Shown: positions 19,003-20,889 of the stretch, in pieces
How positions within the stretch are numbered: the stretch's first letter is position 1
Layout of the letters: every line of letters starts with the position of its first letter
Source: Trypethelium eluteriae
Taxonomy: Eukaryota
Direction: 5' to 3'
DNA length: 20,889 nucleotides
Assembly (NCBI GenBank): GCA_051942245.1
Contig: JAVECL010000037.1
Span: 62,001 to 82,889, forward strand
Made by a program: the position numbers and the translations under genes
Notes under the pieces: generated by a model
What the model saw: only the letters and a program-made list of their open reading frames with translations
Database searches by the model: none
What the model was told of the DNA's origin: nothing

Positions 19003-20889
19003 ATGTCTTCGACAATGGAGCACTCTACGGTCGACACGACTGTGGACCTAATCGAAAGCAGCATTTCGACTCCTGAGCAGAGCCCACATTCGCCAACGTC
19101 ACCGATCTCTCCTACTAGCCCCATCACCCCCAATGCTGGCGGCATTGCCATCGAGCAGCCACCAAAGCTTCGGGGAAAAAAGCGACTTCTTCAAAGCCTG
19201 CAGCGGATGTCCTCTTCGCCTTCATTGGTCCGACTTGCAAGAACACCCTCTGCCGGATACAGAACTGGTGGTCGTGGCACAGTCTCATGTGTATCTCTGT
19301 CTTCGATCAGTTCGGCACAATATGGCAGTTCATATTCTTCGGAACTCTCCGCAGGATATTCTACCGCTCCTACGTCGACTGTCAGCACGCCACCTCCAGA
19401 TGCCGTGACCTTCGACCAGAAAGCACGCATTCGCTTCGTAGCTCCTGATGGTAGAGCCACCGTCCCTGTTCCAGTAGAAGTACGACCTGGCTCAAGACTC
19501 GGGCCAACTTCTGAGGTCGCAGAGCTTGAAGAAGACTACTTCTCTCGTCCGCTAAAATCTCAGGTGAAAAAGCGCGAGGATTTCAACTTTTGGCGTGACT
19601 TGCCTTCGGAGATTAGGATGGAGATCCTTGGATATCTGGAACCTATGGAAGTGGTTCGATGTTCTGCGGTCTCCAAAATCTGGCATCACATGTGCTTCGA
19701 CGGCCAATTATGGAGTAACCTTGATACCTCAGAATACTATCGGAGGATTCCAGCTGATGCATTGGTCAATATTATCAAATCGGCGGGGCCCTTTGTAAGG
19801 GATCTGAACCTTCGGGGTTGTGTTCAGTTGAGAGAACAATGGACTACAGATGGTCTGTCAGAGGCCTGCAGAAATCTGGAAAACTTCTCCCTCGAAGGGT
19901 GCCGTGTCGACAGGACCACCATCCACTGCTTTTTGCTTCAAAATAGCCGCCTGGTTCATATCAATCTTTCTGGCCTTTCTGGTGTCACTAATTCTGCCAT
20001 GAAAATCATATCACAGCACTGTCCTAGGCTTGAGTATCTCAATATTTCGTGGTGTAACAATGTCGATACTAGAGGTATACGAAGAATCGTTGAGGGATGT
20101 CATAATTTACGTGATCTAAGGGCAGGAGAAATTCGAGGCTGGAACAATATTGACTTGATGCAGGAGATGTTCAAAAAGAATACTCTGGAGCGATTAGTGC
20201 TCATGCACTGTGACAGTCTCACCGATGACGCCATGTGTACACTCATGCATGGTGTGGATCCGGACATTGACTATCTAACTGGTCGTCCTATAGTCTCTCC
20301 TCGGCGACTGAAACACCTTGACCTTACTCGCTGTCAAGGTATCTCAGACCACGGCATCAGAGCAATGGCAGGGAATACACCGTTCTTGGAAGGCCTCCAG
20401 ATCTCCAAGTGTGCCTCCCTCACTGATGCTTGCCTTGTTGACCTCCTACCCACGGTTCCTATCCTCACCCATCTGGATCTTGAGGAAGTCGGCGAATTAA
20501 CCAATGCTACGCTGCAAGCGCTGGCATCTTCCCCTTGTGCAAAGCACATCCAGCACCTATCCATCAGCTACTGCGAAAACCTCGGCGACGCCGGCATGCT
20601 CCCTGTCCTCAAGCACTGCACCCAGCTCCGAAACCTAGACATGGACAACACCCGCATCAGCGACCTCACCCTCACCGACGCTGCCCGCGCCCTCCGCGAA
20701 CGCTCCTCCCGCCTCCTACGCACCACTTCAGCCCCGACCCCCGGTTCCAGCATCGCCCGCCCAGCGATCGGCCTGCACCTCGCCGTCTACGACTGCCAAA
20801 ACGTCACCTGGACCGGCGTCCGCGAGGTCCTCTCCCGCAACGCTGAGATTCGCCGCCCTCACCACCCCGCTAACCCCTCTCCTACTACC
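19003..20889 (+). CDS. F-box / leucine-rich-repeat protein (FBXL-type SCF substrate adaptor); partial, continues past the window end
   Basis: Frame 1 is uninterrupted from ATG 19003 to the window end and is absent from the ORF track because no stop is reached. It has an S/P-rich N-terminus and the F-box FWRDLPSEIRMEILGYLEPMEVVRCSAVSKIWHHMCFDGQLW. Cys-containing LRRs follow: VRDLNLRGCVQL, LENFSLEGC, LEYLNISWCNNV, LKHLDLTRCQGI, IQHLSISYCENL. Confidence 0.95.
   Translation, partial: MSSTMEHSTVDTTVDLIESSISTPEQSPHSPTSPISPTSPITPNAGGIAIEQPPKLRGKKRLLQSLQRMSSSPSLVRLARTPSAGYRTGGRGTVSCVSLSSISSAQYGSSYSSELSAGYSTAPTSTVSTPPPDAVTFDQKARIRFVAPDGRATVPVPVEVRPGSRLGPTSEVAELEEDYFSRPLKSQVKKREDFNFWRDLPSEIRMEILGYLEPMEVVRCSAVSKIWHHMCFDGQLWSNLDTSEYYRRIPADALVNIIKSAGPFVRDLNLRGCVQLREQWTTDGLSEACRNLENFSLEGCRVDRTTIHCFLLQNSRLVHINLSGLSGVTNSAMKIISQHCPRLEYLNISWCNNVDTRGIRRIVEGCHNLRDLRAGEIRGWNNIDLMQEMFKKNTLERLVLMHCDSLTDDAMCTLMHGVDPDIDYLTGRPIVSPRRLKHLDLTRCQGISDHGIRAMAGNTPFLEGLQISKCASLTDACLVDLLPTVPILTHLDLEEVGELTNATLQALASSPCAKHIQHLSISYCENLGDAGMLPVLKHCTQLRNLDMDNTRISDLTLTDAARALRERSSRLLRTTSAPTPGSSIARPAIGLHLAVYDCQNVTWTGVREVLSRNAEIRRPHHPANPSPTT

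Overview
Eukaryotic DNA from a filamentous ascomycete: short GT-AG introns with CTRAC/CTAAC-type branch sites and Pezizomycotina-type gene families. The left ~4.2 kb is a decay zone with three broken genes. These are (i) an NLR-like NACHT-ankyrin gene with a ZZ-type zinc finger inserted inside the NACHT domain and several hidden frameshifts, (ii) the 3' tip of a berberine-bridge-enzyme (BBE)-type FAD oxidoreductase fused out of frame onto the truncated ankyrin region, and (iii) a Nor-1-like short-chain dehydrogenase pseudogene. The rest holds apparently intact genes: a single-pass membrane protein with three PAN/Apple-like modules, a SAM-dependent O-methyltransferase, a putatively secreted glycogen-debranching-enzyme-like glycoside hydrolase, an S10 serine carboxypeptidase, a DUF1772/anthrone-oxygenase-like membrane protein, and an F-box/LRR gene running off the right end. 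The clearest non-coding structure is a 181-bp ungapped imperfect palindrome (16238-16418) in the divergent promoter between the carboxypeptidase and DUF1772 genes. I found no rRNA, tRNA, CRISPR array or autonomous transposon, and no convincing multi-gene novel system. All family calls come from reading motifs by eye, not from database searches.
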